From assembly GCF_963921235.1 (NCBI RefSeq), contig NC_086108.1, positions 85,066,001 through 85,130,000 on the forward strand: a DNA stretch of 64,000 nucleotides, written 5' to 3'. Below, in pieces: positions 63,035 to 64,000 of the stretch. The translations under genes and the position numbers were made by a program. The stretch is from Mobula hypostoma (taxonomy: Eukaryota). Every line of letters begins with the position of its first letter. The stretch's first letter is position 1. The notes under the pieces were generated by a model, which saw only the letters and a program-made list of their open reading frames with translations, was not told the DNA's origin and made no database searches.

Positions 63035-64000
63035 GATATTGTCTACTTGACTTTAGTAAGGTCTTTGACTAGGTCCCACATGGCAGACCGATCTGGTTAG
63101 GTTACACAGGATTTAGGGTGGATTCAGAATTGGCTTGATGATAGGAAAGAGAGGGTAATGGTTAAAGGTCAATTCTCTGACTGGAGGCCTGTGGCTAGTG
63201 GGATGCCCCAGAGGTCAATGCTGGGATCTCTGTATATGAATGCTTTGGATGTGAATGTACATGGAGAAATTGCAAATTTGCTGGTGATTCTAAATTAGGG
63301 AGTCTCAGTGAAAGTGAATCCAGTTGCAATGAATTAAAAAAGATCTCTTGATCAGTTAGGTGGATGGGCTGAGGAATGGGAAATGGATTTCAACTTCGAT
63401 CAGTGTCAGGTGACACCTTTTGTATAGTCAAACCAGGGTAGGAATTAAATAGTAAATGGCAAGACACTGTTGTGGAACAGAGGGACCTGGGAATACAAGC
63501 ACACATTTCACTGAAAGTGGTTGTGGAAGTAGACAGGATGGTGAAGAAGGTATTTAGCATATTGTCCATCGTCAGTCAAGGCATTGAGTTTATGAGAAGG
63601 GACACGTTTCAGATATAAAAGTCATGGGTGAGATCACATTTGGAATATTGTGTTGAAATTTGGTCAGCCTGTTCCAGGATTGATATTGTCAGGTTGGCAA
63701 GGCTGTCGAAGATATTTTCAAGGTTGGTGCCCTGACTAGATTATATGAGTTAAAGGGAGAGGTTGGCCATGCTAGATTCTTATTCCTTGGAGTATAGGAG
63801 AAGTGTGGGTGATGTCATTGAAATTTACATAATCATGAAGGATATGGATGAGATGGTTCAAAATCTTTCACCCAGTGTTGGTGAGTCCAAAATTAGAGGC
63901 GCAAATACAAGATTAGTGGGAAATGATTTAAAAGAAACCAGAGAATTAACTTCTTCACACAAAAGGTAGTAAGTACCTGGAATAAACAACCAAACGAAGT
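63035..64000 (+). mobile_element. Old CR1 ORF2, right part (continuation of 53690-55292)
   Basis: Resumes GATATTGTCTACTTGACTTTAGTAAGGTCTTTGAC (DIVYL.FSKVFD), directly continuing EGRAV. Runs off the window. Confidence 0.88.

Larger units (their letters stand above)
55293..63035 (+). mobile_element. Younger near-complete CR1 ORF2 plus tail, hosting three further insertions
   Basis: ORFs 55383 (APE), 56757, 57049, 59186, 61730, 62042, 62370 and 62702 are collinear CR1 ORF2 pieces. Tail ATATGGTCTTATG at about 63023-63035. Confidence 0.93.

Noticed and set aside
1..64000. Prokaryote-style systems (CRISPR arrays, operons, rRNA or tRNA genes)
   Set aside because: The sequence is CpG-depleted vertebrate DNA. 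No repeat-spacer array or operon is present, and tRNA-like boxes belong to SINE heads.

Overview
This is eukaryotic vertebrate genomic DNA, not a prokaryotic locus. The repeat complement (abundant CR1, Rex1/Babar, Penelope, V-SINE and DeuSINE-type elements) points to a cartilaginous fish, probably a ray; this is an inference. The only convincing host-gene signal is a TE-free CpG island at about 27.9-30.4 kb. It holds a CCAAT/GC-box promoter and a probable first exon on the minus strand (donor at 29575, possible coding start MSRAGGDLRRPCA), so roughly 1-29.5 kb is probably intron of an unidentified gene. Most other ORFs in the track are transposon fragments or noise. Highlights: (1) a young, TSD-flanked Penelope fragment carrying an intact-looking minimal hammerhead ribozyme, sense to the host intron; (2) a non-autonomous Helitron with both diagnostic termini and STPR-like repeats; (3) two full-length copies of a CpG-rich non-coding retroposon with a YY1-motif head and a (TAATC)n tail; (4) a 10-kb nested stack (CR1 > CR1 > hAT, L1, CR1 > inverted segment plus Tc1 filler) whose junctions can be read to the base. 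Family names come from recognising motifs by eye; no database searches were run. Boundaries of old repeats are approximate.
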